Below are positions 1-10,288 of a stretch of DNA of 64,000 bases, one piece after another. The notes under the pieces were generated by a model that was given only the letters and a program-made list of their open reading frames with translations, did no database searches and had not been told where the DNA came from. Every line of letters starts with the position of its first letter. Position 1 is the first letter of the stretch. Origin of the DNA: Candidatus Omnitrophota bacterium (GTDB lineage Bacteria; Omnitrophota; Omnitrophia; Omnitrophales; Aquincolibacteriaceae); assembly GCA_022705945.1 (NCBI GenBank), contig JAKJDL010000002.1, positions 11,196-75,195 of the forward strand. Reading direction: 5' to 3'. Made by a program: the position numbers and the translations under genes.

Positions 1-2
1 GG

Positions 3-809
3 GACACGCAGATGACCCATTGTCCCAAAAAGCTTGATGAGTTTGTCGGTACCTGGTCCATTCCGGGCCTTCTCGAAGAAGCGATCGCCCCGGCCGAAAT
101 GGGGTGGGGCACGCATGAGAAGGAACTGCCCCCGCACGCTACTCTTCCCGATAGAGGACCTCAAAATCAGATATTTCTTTCTCAAATGGGAATGAATACG
201 TGGGTGCGTTCCTGGGTGCCTTCGTGCGAGATCGTCGGGATGGTCATCCGTCACTCCGAGGCATTTTCGATTTCCGAACGGCTGACGGTGTGGCGAAACC
301 ATAAGGCTGTATACCGCCCGACGGTGCATTACGTCTATATGCCCTGCGACAGCACACTCGCGTCCCTTCACGAACTCCGGTGCCGAAACTACGACCTCCA
401 GCCTTCTCTACGGATCATCACAGATGAGATCGTTAAAGGCAACGATGCCCTGGGGGCCCTGATCATGGGGCACCCGTATACTTCCTGGTGGACGGGAAGC
501 ATTCTGGACATCAAGGAAGCCCGAAAACTCGTTCCGCACCAAAACGCTACCACCATCCAGGTTGCCATCGGAGTCGTCGCGGCCGTCACATGGATGATTA
601 GAAATCCTACCCGGGGCGTGTGCCAGCCGGATGATCTTCCCCACGATGAGATACTTGAGGTCGCAAAGCCTTATCTGGGGACTTTTGTTTCGGAACCGAA
701 CGACTGGACCCCGTTCAAGAATTACCGGTCTTTTTTTTCGAAAAATCCCCGGGCAAATCTGGACAGGGAAAACCCCTGGATCTTTCAGAACTTTCTGTGC
801 AGAGAATAA
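3..809 (+). CDS. C-terminal portion of a saccharopine-dehydrogenase-like protein, possibly homospermidine-synthase-like; the 5' end lies outside the window
   Basis: The reading frame is open from the window edge. The 265-aa translation has no diagnostic motif I can name with certainty. The fold call is from memory of the saccharopine dehydrogenase C-terminal region. Confidence 0.3.
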   Translation, partial: DTQMTHCPKKLDEFVGTWSIPGLLEEAIAPAEMGWGTHEKELPPHATLPDRGPQNQIFLSQMGMNTWVRSWVPSCEIVGMVIRHSEAFSISERLTVWRNHKAVYRPTVHYVYMPCDSTLASLHELRCRNYDLQPSLRIITDEIVKGNDALGALIMGHPYTSWWTGSILDIKEARKLVPHQNATTIQVAIGVVAAVTWMIRNPTRGVCQPDDLPHDEILEVAKPYLGTFVSEPNDWTPFKNYRSFFSKNPRANLDRENPWIFQNFLCRE

Positions 810-828
810 CGATACAAGAAGAGGATCC

Positions 829-1326
829 ATGATGCAGACCGACCGCCTCCGCGGAGTCGTCGTTCCGGAGACCCTGAAGATCGTCCCGGCCGGCAGCAAA
901 GGCTTCTCGCTCGTTGCGAATCGAAGATTCCGGTCGGGGGAAAAGGTTTGCTTCCTGGCCGGGGAACCCGTCGACGCCGACGTTTCAACCCCGGAAGCCG
1001 TCCAGATTTCCGACACCCAGTTCATCGATACGGACCATCTGGTGGCTGAGGATTTCATAAACCATAGCTGCTCACCCAACACGTGGCTCGACATCGAACG
1101 CCGGTGGTTTATCGCCCTCCGAGATATTTCCCGAGGCGAAGAAATCACGTATCACTATCTGACTACCGAATGGGACATGGAGGTCTGGGGAGCTGATTTC
1201 CGGTGCGCCTGCGGCTCTCCCGATTGCCTCGGGCATATACGAGGTTTTAAATATCTGACCCGCGACGAAAAACTCCGGATAAAACCGATTTTATCCCCTC
1301 TGCTCCGGGAAAAATGCGAAGTATGA
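829..1326 (+). CDS. SET-domain protein, putative protein-lysine methyltransferase
   Basis: Contains the NHSCSPN and EEITYHY SET motifs and a post-SET CxCxxxxC cluster (CACGSPDC). The start is taken at the ATG at 829, which follows an AAGAGGA RBS. The longer 631 start would overlap the upstream gene. Confidence 0.65.
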   Translation: MMQTDRLRGVVVPETLKIVPAGSKGFSLVANRRFRSGEKVCFLAGEPVDADVSTPEAVQISDTQFIDTDHLVAEDFINHSCSPNTWLDIERRWFIALRDISRGEEITYHYLTTEWDMEVWGADFRCACGSPDCLGHIRGFKYLTRDEKLRIKPILSPLLREKCEV

Positions 1327-1353
1327 TGCCCTTTCAAATCATCACTGCCGCGT

Positions 1354-1396
1354 AAAAAAGGCGTTGCAGGAATCAAATCCCGCAACGCCTTTTTTA
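1354..1396. terminator. Bidirectional rho-independent terminator between convergent genes
   Basis: Hairpin GGCGTTGC / GCAACGCC (1360-1367 and 1382-1389) with an A-run before it and a T-run after it. It sits between the SET gene stop at 1326 and the minus-strand gene stop at 1437. Confidence 0.65.
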
Positions 1397-1436
1397 GTTG
1401 TTGATATCCTCAAAAACAGCGCGCCGTTTTTCCCTT

Positions 1437-2948
1437 TTAGGATTTGGTGGGCGGGCGCAGGTTTTTGAGCCAGTATTCCATTTGCTTGCCTGCTGCTTCG
1501 CGGCCGCCCAGTCCGAACGAAAGGGCAACAGCCACTGCCGCGGCGCCGAGCGTAAGTCCGAAGGCCAGGGTGACGATGTCATTGGCAAGCCCCATAGCGC
1601 GCAATCCCATGGCTAGCACGAGGCCCAGGATCACGACCCGGACCAGGCCCGACATGGCGTGCTGACCGCCCGCGGCCTGGTTCATGGCTGACTGGATCAG
1701 GTTGGAAATCCAGAGACCCACCGCGATGATCACGCTGCCCATGAGAATCTGTCCGCCAAACTGGATCATCATAGCGACGATCTTGGAGACCTGGTCGAAC
1801 TGAAGCCGGTTGGTCGCTTCGACGGTCGCGAAGAGCATCATAAAGAAAAAGAAGATCTTCCCGGCCCACTGGGAAGGCGATGTCCCGGTCCTGCTGAAGG
1901 GCAAGCCTATGGCCTGGGGAATTCTGTCAAAGCCGATGCCGCCAAGGACCTGGACGACCAGCCCTGTTACCGGTTTCGCGACGAGATAAGCGATGACGAG
2001 AATGGCGGCAGCAGCGAAGATGTTCGGAATGGCCGCCATGACAGCCGACAGCATTTGTGTGGCCGGGTCCGCAATGACGTTCATGTTCAGGGCACTCAAG
2101 CCCGCGACGATGGCCGGGATCAGGACGAAGAAATACACCACCAGTCCGACAACCGCGGCAAGGGTGATATTCCCCCGGAACCCCGCTCTTTCACCGAGCT
2201 GGTTGAGTCCGGTTGCCGAGAGAAGGTTTGTTACGAGTTCCCGCAGGATTTTGGCAGCGAACCAGCCCACCAGGATGATGAGCGCGGCTGCCATAATGTC
2301 CGGCAGGGCGGTCGTGATCTTGTCCACCATGGACTGGACGGGCGTGAGGAGTCCCTGTAGTTTGAATACGCCGAGAATTGCGGGGAGGAATACCAGAAGC
2401 ACCAGCCAGTACAGTACTTCGCCCAGTGTCTGGCTGACGGGTTTTTTGCCGGTCCGGATTTTCTTATCGATGCCCATTGCGCTGAGCGATCCCGAAAGGA
2501 TCTGCCTGGCGATCGTGGCCACAAGCCACGCCAGCACGATCAGGATTCCGCCCCCGAGCAGGTTCGGGACGAACGAAAAAAGTTTTTCGAGGAGCAGGCG
2601 GATCGGTTCCGCGGCGAACTGCAGTTGGAGTTGATTGAAAACCGCAAGCAGCACGATCAGGAGCGCGACATAATAACCACCGGTCGCGATCCCCGACTCC
2701 ACATCAAGCTTTGAATCGATGGCGTTCCTGTTCATCCGGTCGTTAAGCTTGCAAAGGCCGAGTGTTTTTTTGAGCGCGGCCCGGATGATCAAAGCGACGA
2801 GCCAGCCGAGCAGCAAGATGATCAGAGCTCCCACGACGCCCGGCAACGCTTCCCCGATGGTTCCTCCGAGTGAATCCAAAAGTTTTTGCATTTGTGCCTC
2901 CTTCTTTTTGTTCGTGAATCTACAGCTTCCGTTTCCGCGTTCTCCCAC
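1437..2948 (-). CDS. Polytopic membrane protein built from repeated 'conserved TM helix' segments (MscS N-terminal-like repeats); function unknown
   Basis: 503 aa with multiple repeated hydrophobic segments of the form G..ALIILLLGWLVA.I... There is no recognisable MscS channel domain. Confidence 0.4.
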   Translation of the reverse strand: MGERGNGSCRFTNKKKEAQMQKLLDSLGGTIGEALPGVVGALIILLLGWLVALIIRAALKKTLGLCKLNDRMNRNAIDSKLDVESGIATGGYYVALLIVLLAVFNQLQLQFAAEPIRLLLEKLFSFVPNLLGGGILIVLAWLVATIARQILSGSLSAMGIDKKIRTGKKPVSQTLGEVLYWLVLLVFLPAILGVFKLQGLLTPVQSMVDKITTALPDIMAAALIILVGWFAAKILRELVTNLLSATGLNQLGERAGFRGNITLAAVVGLVVYFFVLIPAIVAGLSALNMNVIADPATQMLSAVMAAIPNIFAAAAILVIAYLVAKPVTGLVVQVLGGIGFDRIPQAIGLPFSRTGTSPSQWAGKIFFFFMMLFATVEATNRLQFDQVSKIVAMMIQFGGQILMGSVIIAVGLWISNLIQSAMNQAAGGQHAMSGLVRVVILGLVLAMGLRAMGLANDIVTLAFGLTLGAAAVAVALSFGLGGREAAGKQMEYWLKNLRPPTKS

Positions 2949-3314
2949 GGCACGGGAGGACGCGGAAACGGCTGAAAAGACCGACGATCAAACTTCAACG
3001 GAAGTGTTCAGAAAAAATCCGAAGCGATCCTTTGACGGGAATCATCATAGCAAGGAATCCGGGAGATGCAACGAGATTGTTCCCGTCCCCGCGTGGAGGG
3101 AATCTTTTTGAAGGCGGTTGAAGATTTGTCCGAGAAAAAAGAATCACACCTGCAGAACGGCATCGGGTACCCAAGGGTTGAATGAGCAAGAACGGCACCC
3201 TTCGGGAACGCAGGACAGGCCACAGTCCGAACGACGCGGGGTCAGCGGGGCAACGACTTGTGATTCGGGCGGGGAATGAGTATTGAAAATAGCCCGATTC
3301 TTTTTTTACAGGAT

Positions 3315-4730
3315 TCAGCCAAAAAGAAGCTTGATGAAATAGCCGGGGAAAAGGCCGAGTGTGACGACGCCGGCGGACATGAGCCAGAGGACGATTTTCG
3401 GATACAGGGGGGAGGTGCCGAAAGTCGGCTGGGTTTCCGCTTTGGGGACGAGATACATGACTCGGATAATCCGGAAGTAATAGTAGGCGGCGACGGCGCT
3501 GTTAACGGCCGCAACGACGGCCAAAGCGATGGCTTTCCCTTCGATCGCGGCGGCGAACACATAATATTTTCCGATAAAACCCGCGAGCGGCGGGATTCCC
3601 GTCAAAGAAAGAAGGAAAACGGTCATAAAAAAAGCGGTTGCGGGCGAACGTTCCGAAAGGCCCGCATAATCCGAAATATTACTTTTGCCGGACGCTCCCT
3701 CAACAAGGCATACCACCGCGAAGGCTCCGAGGTTCGTGAAAAGATAAGCGAAAAGATAGATCATCACAGCGTTCTGGCCGAGCGGTGAAAAGACCGCAAG
3801 ACCCATGAGGATGTAACCCGCCTGGGCGATGGACGAATAGGCAAAGAACCGCTTGATATTAGTCTGGGAAATAGCGGTGAGGTTCCCGATAGTCATTGTC
3901 AGCATCGAAAGCGCGGTCAGGACAACTCCCCAATGCGCAAAGGAAGGGGAGAAGACCGTGATGAGGACGCGGGTAAAGACCGCGAATCCGAGGGCTTTGG
4001 GGCCCACGGTCAGGAATGCCGTGACGGGTGTCGGGGCGCCTTCATAAACGTCCGGGGCCCACATGTGGAACGGGGCCATTGAGATCTTGAAGCCGAGACC
4101 GGCAAAAAAACAAAGAACGCCGACCGTTCCGAGGGCGCTCATCGACGGAGACCTGAGAGTTTGCCAGACATGTCCGAGTTCAATCGAGCCCGCGGCTCCG
4201 TAAAGAAGAGAGATCCCGTAGAGCATGATGCCCGAACAGACGCTTCCGAAGAGCAGATATTTGACGGCGGCTTCCTTAGCTTTGGGGTCATGTTTGAGGA
4301 ATCCCGTCAGGAGATACGAAAGCAGGGAAACGAACTCAACCGCGAGAAAGATCATCAGCAAGTTGTTCGCGGCGGCGACCGTGATGAGCGCGAACGCCAT
4401 GAACAGGAACAGGCCGTAGAACTCGCCCTCGTAACGGTTTTTCAGGGGCGGGTAGTCCATGGCGAGCATCAGCGTGACCGAAACCGCGATCAGGGCGAAG
4501 ATACGGAACCAGTGGGCGAACACATCAAGGTGAAAGAACCCGTAAAAAAGGCTGAGAGTTTCGCCGGCCGGGTTTTTCATCGCAAAGGCCGCGGCGGCCA
4601 TGACGAAGAGCGAAAAAATCCCGACCGCGCGCTTATTCCTGACCGCGAAATCGAGGAGGAACGCCCCGAAAGCGCCGCAAAGAATGATCAGCTCGGGAAT
4701 GAAATATTTTAGACTTTCGACGGGGCCCAC
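3315..4730 (-). CDS. nuoN: NADH-quinone oxidoreductase subunit N
   Basis: 471-aa polytopic antiporter-like protein, last gene of the nuo cluster. Its start overlaps the nuoM stop. Confidence 0.85.
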   Translation of the reverse strand: MGPVESLKYFIPELIILCGAFGAFLLDFAVRNKRAVGIFSLFVMAAAAFAMKNPAGETLSLFYGFFHLDVFAHWFRIFALIAVSVTLMLAMDYPPLKNRYEGEFYGLFLFMAFALITVAAANNLLMIFLAVEFVSLLSYLLTGFLKHDPKAKEAAVKYLLFGSVCSGIMLYGISLLYGAAGSIELGHVWQTLRSPSMSALGTVGVLCFFAGLGFKISMAPFHMWAPDVYEGAPTPVTAFLTVGPKALGFAVFTRVLITVFSPSFAHWGVVLTALSMLTMTIGNLTAISQTNIKRFFAYSSIAQAGYILMGLAVFSPLGQNAVMIYLFAYLFTNLGAFAVVCLVEGASGKSNISDYAGLSERSPATAFFMTVFLLSLTGIPPLAGFIGKYYVFAAAIEGKAIALAVVAAVNSAVAAYYYFRIIRVMYLVPKAETQPTFGTSPLYPKIVLWLMSAGVVTLGLFPGYFIKLLFG

Positions 4731-6211
4731 TAGACCGCTCCTCCCATGGTTTTGAGAAGGCCGTCCAGCGTCGGGATCATGTAATCCAGGATGATCTTCG
4801 GATAAAGACCGATACCGAGAATGAAGATCATGAGCGGGACGAGCGTTGAAAGTTCAAGATAGTTGATATCAGGGAGCGAACTCCATTTCGGGTTTAATTT
4901 GCCGAGGAGAATCCGCTGGATCATGTAGAGCAGATAAGTCGCCGCGAGAAGGATGCCGATCGCGGCCAGTCCCGTCATCAGCTTGGAATACTGGAATGAG
5001 CCGAGAAGGGTCAGGAACTCGCTGACAAAACCCGAAAGTCCCGGAAGGCCGAGAGAGGCCAGCGAAAAGAAAATCAGGATTCCGGCATAGACGGGCATTT
5101 TTTCGCCGAGCCCTCCGAAATCGTTCAGGTCGCGTGTATGGGCCCGGTCATAAAGCACGCCGACCAGCAAGAAGAGCCCGCCCGTGATCGTTCCGTGGCT
5201 GAACATCTGGAGAAGCGCACCCCGGAAGCCGTCCGCGTTCATGGCGGCAAGCCCGAGCAGGACAAAACCCATGTGGCTCACGCTCGAGTAGGCGACCATT
5301 TTCTTGAAATCGGTCTGCGCGAGCGCCACAAAACCGCCGTAGATAATACCGATGACCGCCAGGACCCCCATGGCCGGCTGGAACCAACGAGCCGCATCCG
5401 GGAAAAGGGGATAGCTGAAACGGAGGAAGCCGTAGGTTCCCATTTTAAGAAGGACGCCCGCGAGGATCACGCTGATCGGGGTCGGCGCTTCAACGTGGGC
5501 GTCGGGAAGCCATGTATGGAACGGGAAAATCGGCACCTTGATTGCGAAACCGAGGAAAAAGGCCAGGAACACGATTTTCTGGAACACAAGCCCGTATTTC
5601 ATGGAGGCAAGAAGCGTCATATCGAACGTGCGGGGTTCCGATCCGAAATAGACCGCGAGGATCCCGAGCAGCATGAAGAGACTTCCCGCCAGAGTGTAAA
5701 GGAAGAACTTGATCGCCGCGTATTCCTTGCGCGGTCCGCCCCAGATCCCGATGAGAAAATACATCGGCACCAGCACGACTTCCCAGAAAATGTAAAAGAG
5801 GAAAAGGTCCAGGGCAAGGAAGGTTCCCATTATGCCGGTCTCAAGGAGCAGAAAAAGGAAATAGTATTCCTTCTCACGGCCGCCTTTGACGCGGATATGA
5901 GCAAGTGATCCGAGACAGGCCATGATCGAGATAAGGGCTGTCAGGAAGACCATCGGGAAACTGATGCCGTCCATTCCGAGGAGATACTGGATGTTGAATT
6001 GCGGGATCCACATCGCGCGTTCGACGAGCTGGAAACCGGACTCGGATGCGCGGAAAAGCGGGAACGCCAGGCAAACAAGGCCCGCCGTGATCGCGGTTGT
6101 GGCAAGCGCGATCCAGCGGATCCAGTCGTGGGCCCGTTTGGGCAGGCACAATAAAACAAAAGCGCCGATAAGCGGTGTAAAAGTGATCCAGCTCAGTAAA
6201 TGCGAGGTCAT
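4730..6211 (-). CDS. nuoM: NADH-quinone oxidoreductase subunit M
   Basis: 493-aa Mrp-antiporter-like membrane subunit (…FLLFYIFWEVVLVPMYFLIGIWGG…) in the conserved nuo order. Confidence 0.85.
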   Translation of the reverse strand: MTSHLLSWITFTPLIGAFVLLCLPKRAHDWIRWIALATTAITAGLVCLAFPLFRASESGFQLVERAMWIPQFNIQYLLGMDGISFPMVFLTALISIMACLGSLAHIRVKGGREKEYYFLFLLLETGIMGTFLALDLFLFYIFWEVVLVPMYFLIGIWGGPRKEYAAIKFFLYTLAGSLFMLLGILAVYFGSEPRTFDMTLLASMKYGLVFQKIVFLAFFLGFAIKVPIFPFHTWLPDAHVEAPTPISVILAGVLLKMGTYGFLRFSYPLFPDAARWFQPAMGVLAVIGIIYGGFVALAQTDFKKMVAYSSVSHMGFVLLGLAAMNADGFRGALLQMFSHGTITGGLFLLVGVLYDRAHTRDLNDFGGLGEKMPVYAGILIFFSLASLGLPGLSGFVSEFLTLLGSFQYSKLMTGLAAIGILLAATYLLYMIQRILLGKLNPKWSSLPDINYLELSTLVPLMIFILGIGLYPKIILDYMIPTLDGLLKTMGGAV

Positions 6212-6310
6212 AAGATCTCCTTATCAGATCAGAGCATTAAATTCGGATGGTGTTTGGGAAATGGCGCAAAATCCGGTTTAACGCCATCCACCGTCCTCCA
6301 TCCGGTATTT

Positions 6311-8254
6311 TCAGACTAATTTCAGTTCCCAAATGATAAAAGCGAGAAATCCGAGGAACGCGATCAAAAGGTAGTTCTGGACGAACCCCGTTTGCAGGCG
6401 TTTCACGATCGAATTCAGAAAACAAGTCAGCGTTCCCATGAAGTTCACGAGCCCGTCCACGATGTATTTATCGATCCAGTTCTTGACCGCGCCCAGCCAC
6501 ATCGCTCCGGCGCCGACGCCGTTGACCGAGCCGTCGATTACTTTGGCATCAAAGCGGTAAAGGACCTCCCCCAAAGCGGTGAAGGGACGGATAATGAACT
6601 TTGAATAGATCTCATCCAGATAAAATTTATTGAACGAAAGCCGGTAAAGCGGACGGAACCGTTTTGCGATCGATTCGGCCCAGTGGGTATTTTTCATATA
6701 AATGATTCCCGCAAGAGTAATACCGCCGACGGCCGCTATCACGGAGCAGGTCATGACGAAAGCCGACGGGTGATATTCGGGATGATGGATTGCATGCGCC
6801 AGGAACTGCTGGAACCAGTGATGCATTAAAGGCGAACCGGGGATACCGAGCAAGACGGCGCCGAGGACGAGTCCCCAAAGCGGCAGGGTCATGACGGCCG
6901 GTGATTCATGCGCGTGAACGTGCGGGTCGCGGGCCTTGCCGAAGAAAGTTATGAAAACAAGACGGAACATGTAAAAGGCCGTCATGAAAGCCGTCAAAAG
7001 AAGGATCCAGAACACCAGCGTATGGCCCGAAGCGAACGCGGTCAGGAGGATCTCGTCTTTGGACCAGAATCCCGAAAGAGGGGGAACTCCGGCGAGCGCG
7101 AGGCTTGCGATGATGAAAGTGACCGCCGTGTGCGGCATTTTTTTGAAGAGGCCGCCCATCTGCCGGATGTCTTGGACATGTGTGCCGTGGATGACGCTTC
7201 CGGCGCCCAGGAACAGCAGGGCCTTGAAAAAAGCGTGAGTGATCAGATGAAAGGTTCCCGCACCGAGCCCTTGCATGCCGAGAGCCGTTACCATGTAACC
7301 GAGCTGGGAGATTGTTGAGTAAGCCAGGATACGTTTGATATCGGTTTGGGTAAGCGCGATAAAAGCGGCCATGAAAGCCGTGATGCAGCCGATCGTAGTG
7401 ACAACAGGCATGGTTTCGGGAACCGCCATGAAGATGGTGAAAGAACGGGCGACGAGAAAGACACCGGCCGCCACCATGGTCGCGGCATGGATGAGCGCGC
7501 TGACGGGTGTCGGGCCTTCCATTGCGTCCGGGAGCCATACGTGCAGCGGGAACTGGGCGGATTTCCCGATTGTGCCGCAAAAAATAAAAATTGCCGAGGT
7601 CGCAAGAAAAGACAGAGGGAGGGCTCCGTGATCTCCAAGAGCAAGCGCCCGGTTGATCTCGCTGAAATCAAAAGTCCCCAGCGCGAGAAAAAGCATCAGC
7701 ACGCCGATCAGGAACCCTACGTCGCCGAGGCGCGTTGTGAGGAATGCCTTGAAGCAGGCTTTGGCGGCGGATTCCTTTTGGAAATAAAAACCGATCAACA
7801 GGTAGGAACAAAGTCCCATGATCTCCCACGCCATGAAAAAGAGGATGAAATTGTTCGAGATCACGAGCGTGAGCATGGCGGACATGAAAAGCGAGACATA
7901 GGCGAAGAAACGGCTGTAGCGGGGGTCGCCCTGCATGTAACCCGAAGCGTAGATCTGGATCAGGGTACCGACGATCACGACCATGAAAAGAAGCGACGCC
8001 GACAGGGGGTCCACAAGGTAGCCGAACCGGAGGACGCCGTCGTTGATCCTGAGCCACGCGAAATCGTTTGCGAAGCGGGCACCCCCGAAAACCTCGAAAC
8101 ACACGGGAAGCGCGATCACGCATGCCGCGATGCTTGTCAGAATGGAAAGCCACGCCGCGCGATGCTTCAGGAAGCGGGCGCCGAAAAGGATATTCACGAC
8201 GAAGGCCGCGAACGGCAAAAGAGGAATGAGGAAGATCCTGTCAGCGGTCACCAT
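6311..8254 (-). CDS. nuoL: NADH-quinone oxidoreductase subunit L
   Basis: 647-aa antiporter-like subunit with a long C-terminal extension typical of NuoL. Positioned between nuoK and nuoM. Confidence 0.85.
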   Translation of the reverse strand: MVTADRIFLIPLLPFAAFVVNILFGARFLKHRAAWLSILTSIAACVIALPVCFEVFGGARFANDFAWLRINDGVLRFGYLVDPLSASLLFMVVIVGTLIQIYASGYMQGDPRYSRFFAYVSLFMSAMLTLVISNNFILFFMAWEIMGLCSYLLIGFYFQKESAAKACFKAFLTTRLGDVGFLIGVLMLFLALGTFDFSEINRALALGDHGALPLSFLATSAIFIFCGTIGKSAQFPLHVWLPDAMEGPTPVSALIHAATMVAAGVFLVARSFTIFMAVPETMPVVTTIGCITAFMAAFIALTQTDIKRILAYSTISQLGYMVTALGMQGLGAGTFHLITHAFFKALLFLGAGSVIHGTHVQDIRQMGGLFKKMPHTAVTFIIASLALAGVPPLSGFWSKDEILLTAFASGHTLVFWILLLTAFMTAFYMFRLVFITFFGKARDPHVHAHESPAVMTLPLWGLVLGAVLLGIPGSPLMHHWFQQFLAHAIHHPEYHPSAFVMTCSVIAAVGGITLAGIIYMKNTHWAESIAKRFRPLYRLSFNKFYLDEIYSKFIIRPFTALGEVLYRFDAKVIDGSVNGVGAGAMWLGAVKNWIDKYIVDGLVNFMGTLTCFLNSIVKRLQTGFVQNYLLIAFLGFLAFIIWELKLV

Positions 8255-8562
8255 TTCAGTAAATGAACCTCATCTGCGAAAATAGTTTTTCTTGAGCGGT
8301 AAAGCGCGAGCACGATGGCCAACCCGACGGCGACGGTTACGGCGGCGATCGCAATCACGAAGACCGCGAAAACCTGCCCCGTCTCCGGGGAGAGGGAGGT
8401 TGTTTTGGCAAACACGACCAGGTTGATGTTGGCGGCATTCAGCATCAGTTCGATCGAGATCAGGATGCCGATGATGTTGCGGCGCGTCAGCGTCCCGTAA
8501 AGCCCGATCGCAAAAAGGAGAAGCGAGAAAATCAGTACATGTTCGACAGGAATGAGGGTCAT
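8248..8562 (-). CDS. nuoK: NADH-quinone oxidoreductase subunit K
   Basis: 104-aa three-TM protein. Translationally coupled, overlapping nuoJ and nuoL. Confidence 0.8.
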   Translation of the reverse strand: MTLIPVEHVLIFSLLLFAIGLYGTLTRRNIIGILISIELMLNAANINLVVFAKTTSLSPETGQVFAVFVIAIAAVTVAVGLAIVLALYRSRKTIFADEVHLLKW

Positions 8563-9074
8563 GAAGGATTCTCCCTCTTGGCGATGATAACGGCCCCGAT
8601 CAGCGCCGCGATCAGGACGACTGAAATCACTTCGAACGGGAAGACGTAAACGGTCATGAGCGCGGTCCCGATGCCTTCGACCGAAGTATGCGCTCCCAGG
8701 GCCTTTTGGGTAACAGGCCAGGGAGTCTGGAGGATGACCTTCGCGATAACCGTAACGAGTGCCGCAATCCCGAGGAATGCCGGCAGGCTTTGGCGATTGT
8801 GCTGGATCGTTGTTTTCCCCGAAAGATGCTCGGTGAGCATGATCGCAAAAATGATCACAGTCATCACGGCCCCCACATAAAGAAGGATCTGAACAGCCGC
8901 CAGAAAATCCGCGCGGAAAAAAAGATAAAGTCCCGCGATTCCTATGAGAGCGGCGGCAAGACAGAGGGCGGAGTGAAAAAGATTCCTGAGCGCCACGACT
9001 CCGAGCGCGAAAAGAAGCACGCCGGTCATCAAGGCATAAGCGCCGATCTTGGCTGCCAAAGTCAGTATTTCCAT
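8559..9074 (-). CDS. nuoJ: NADH-quinone oxidoreductase subunit J
   Basis: 171-aa membrane subunit between nuoH and nuoK. Confidence 0.75.
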   Translation of the reverse strand: MEILTLAAKIGAYALMTGVLLFALGVVALRNLFHSALCLAAALIGIAGLYLFFRADFLAAVQILLYVGAVMTVIIFAIMLTEHLSGKTTIQHNRQSLPAFLGIAALVTVIAKVILQTPWPVTQKALGAHTSVEGIGTALMTVYVFPFEVISVVLIAALIGAVIIAKRENPS

Positions 9075-9133
9075 AGTTGGAACTTCCCTTGTTTCATTTC
9101 AAAGCGGCCGTCCGGCAGGGCCGGTGCCGCAGG

Positions 9134-10288
9134 TTAATCCGCCAGAACGTAAGTGCGTTTTTCGGGCACGAACGTTTTATTAAGTTTCACAAAAACAAAA
9201 AATGACGCCACGACCAGGCCGGCCGTCAGGGCCCATGCCGCGATTGCCGGAGTCAGGAACCACAGGCCCGCGATCAGGATGTTGATAAGACTGAGAGGAA
9301 GCAGGAATTTCCAGGCGAACCCCATCAGGTGATCGACCCTGAAACGGAGGAATGTCCCCCGGAACCAGATCATGACGCAGACCAAAAGGAATGTTTTTCC
9401 GAAAAACCAGATCCAGGAGGGGAGGAACGGTCCCTGCCAGCCCCCCAGAAACAGTGTGACCGCGATTGCTGAGAGCGTGAACGCATTCATGTATTCCGCC
9501 ATATAAAAAAGGGCGAACTTCATTCCGCTGTATTCTGTGTGAAAGCCGGCGATGAGTTCGGATTCGGCTTCAGGCAGATCAAACGGCGGCCGGTTGCATT
9601 CGGCGATCGCGCAAAAGAAATAAATGATGAAACCGAGCAATCCCCAGGGAGTGAAGATGAACCAGTTCATGCCGAAGCCCCCGCCCTGGGACTCTACGAT
9701 TGTTGCCGTCGCGAGAGTCTGGCTCGCCATGATGACGGGAACGATGGCTAGGGTCATCGGGGCCTCGTAAGAGATCATTTGTGCGGCGGCGCGCATGCCG
9801 CCGAGCACTGAAAATTTGTTGCGGGAGGCCCAGCTTCCCATGAAGATGGGGATCGTGGTGATCGAGGAGATCGCGACGAAATAAAGGATGCCGATATTCA
9901 GATTCACAGCGGTCATTCCGTTTCCGAAAGGAACGACGAGGAAAACCATGAGCGACGGGACCACGGTCACGACAGGAGCAAGCAGGTGAATAATTTTGTC
10001 GGCGTGGGCCGGCACGATATCCTCTTTTATGAACATCTTGATCCCGTCGGCGACCGGCTGAAGCAGTCCCCAGATCCCGACACGGTTCGGACCGTAGCGG
10101 TTCTGGATGCGGCCGAGAAGCTTTCTTTCAAGAAGCGTGAGATACATCATGATCACAGGTCCCATGACAAGGATCACGACTGCGCTGATCACGATCGAGG
10201 CCAGCATCACCACCCACTCCGGGAAGAACCGGGCGCAGAGATCAAGAAACAAGGCCTTGAGACGTATGAAAACGGGGTCAAAGATCAT
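9134..10288 (-). CDS. nuoH: NADH-quinone oxidoreductase subunit H
   Basis: 384-aa, eight-TM ND1-like protein with conserved segments such as GLLQPVADGIK. Confidence 0.85.
   Translation of the reverse strand: MIFDPVFIRLKALFLDLCARFFPEWVVMLASIVISAVVILVMGPVIMMYLTLLERKLLGRIQNRYGPNRVGIWGLLQPVADGIKMFIKEDIVPAHADKIIHLLAPVVTVVPSLMVFLVVPFGNGMTAVNLNIGILYFVAISSITTIPIFMGSWASRNKFSVLGGMRAAAQMISYEAPMTLAIVPVIMASQTLATATIVESQGGGFGMNWFIFTPWGLLGFIIYFFCAIAECNRPPFDLPEAESELIAGFHTEYSGMKFALFYMAEYMNAFTLSAIAVTLFLGGWQGPFLPSWIWFFGKTFLLVCVMIWFRGTFLRFRVDHLMGFAWKFLLPLSLINILIAGLWFLTPAIAAWALTAGLVVASFFVFVKLNKTFVPEKRTYVLAD

Noticed and set aside
631-828. 5' extension of the SET-domain ORF that overlaps the upstream gene
   Set aside because: It would overlap 180 bp of the preceding ORF in a different frame. 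The ATG at 829 has an RBS and starts right after the upstream stop.
5138-5908. 256-aa plus-strand ORF inside nuoM
   Set aside because: It is antisense to a strongly supported membrane-subunit gene. The Arg/Glu/Asp/His-rich composition is typical of frame-shifted GC-rich antisense translation.
7346-8266. 306-aa plus-strand ORF, and 6906-7580 and 7668-8153 minus-strand ORFs, inside nuoL
   Set aside because: They overlap nuoL in alternative frames with low-complexity basic or acidic composition. No motifs.
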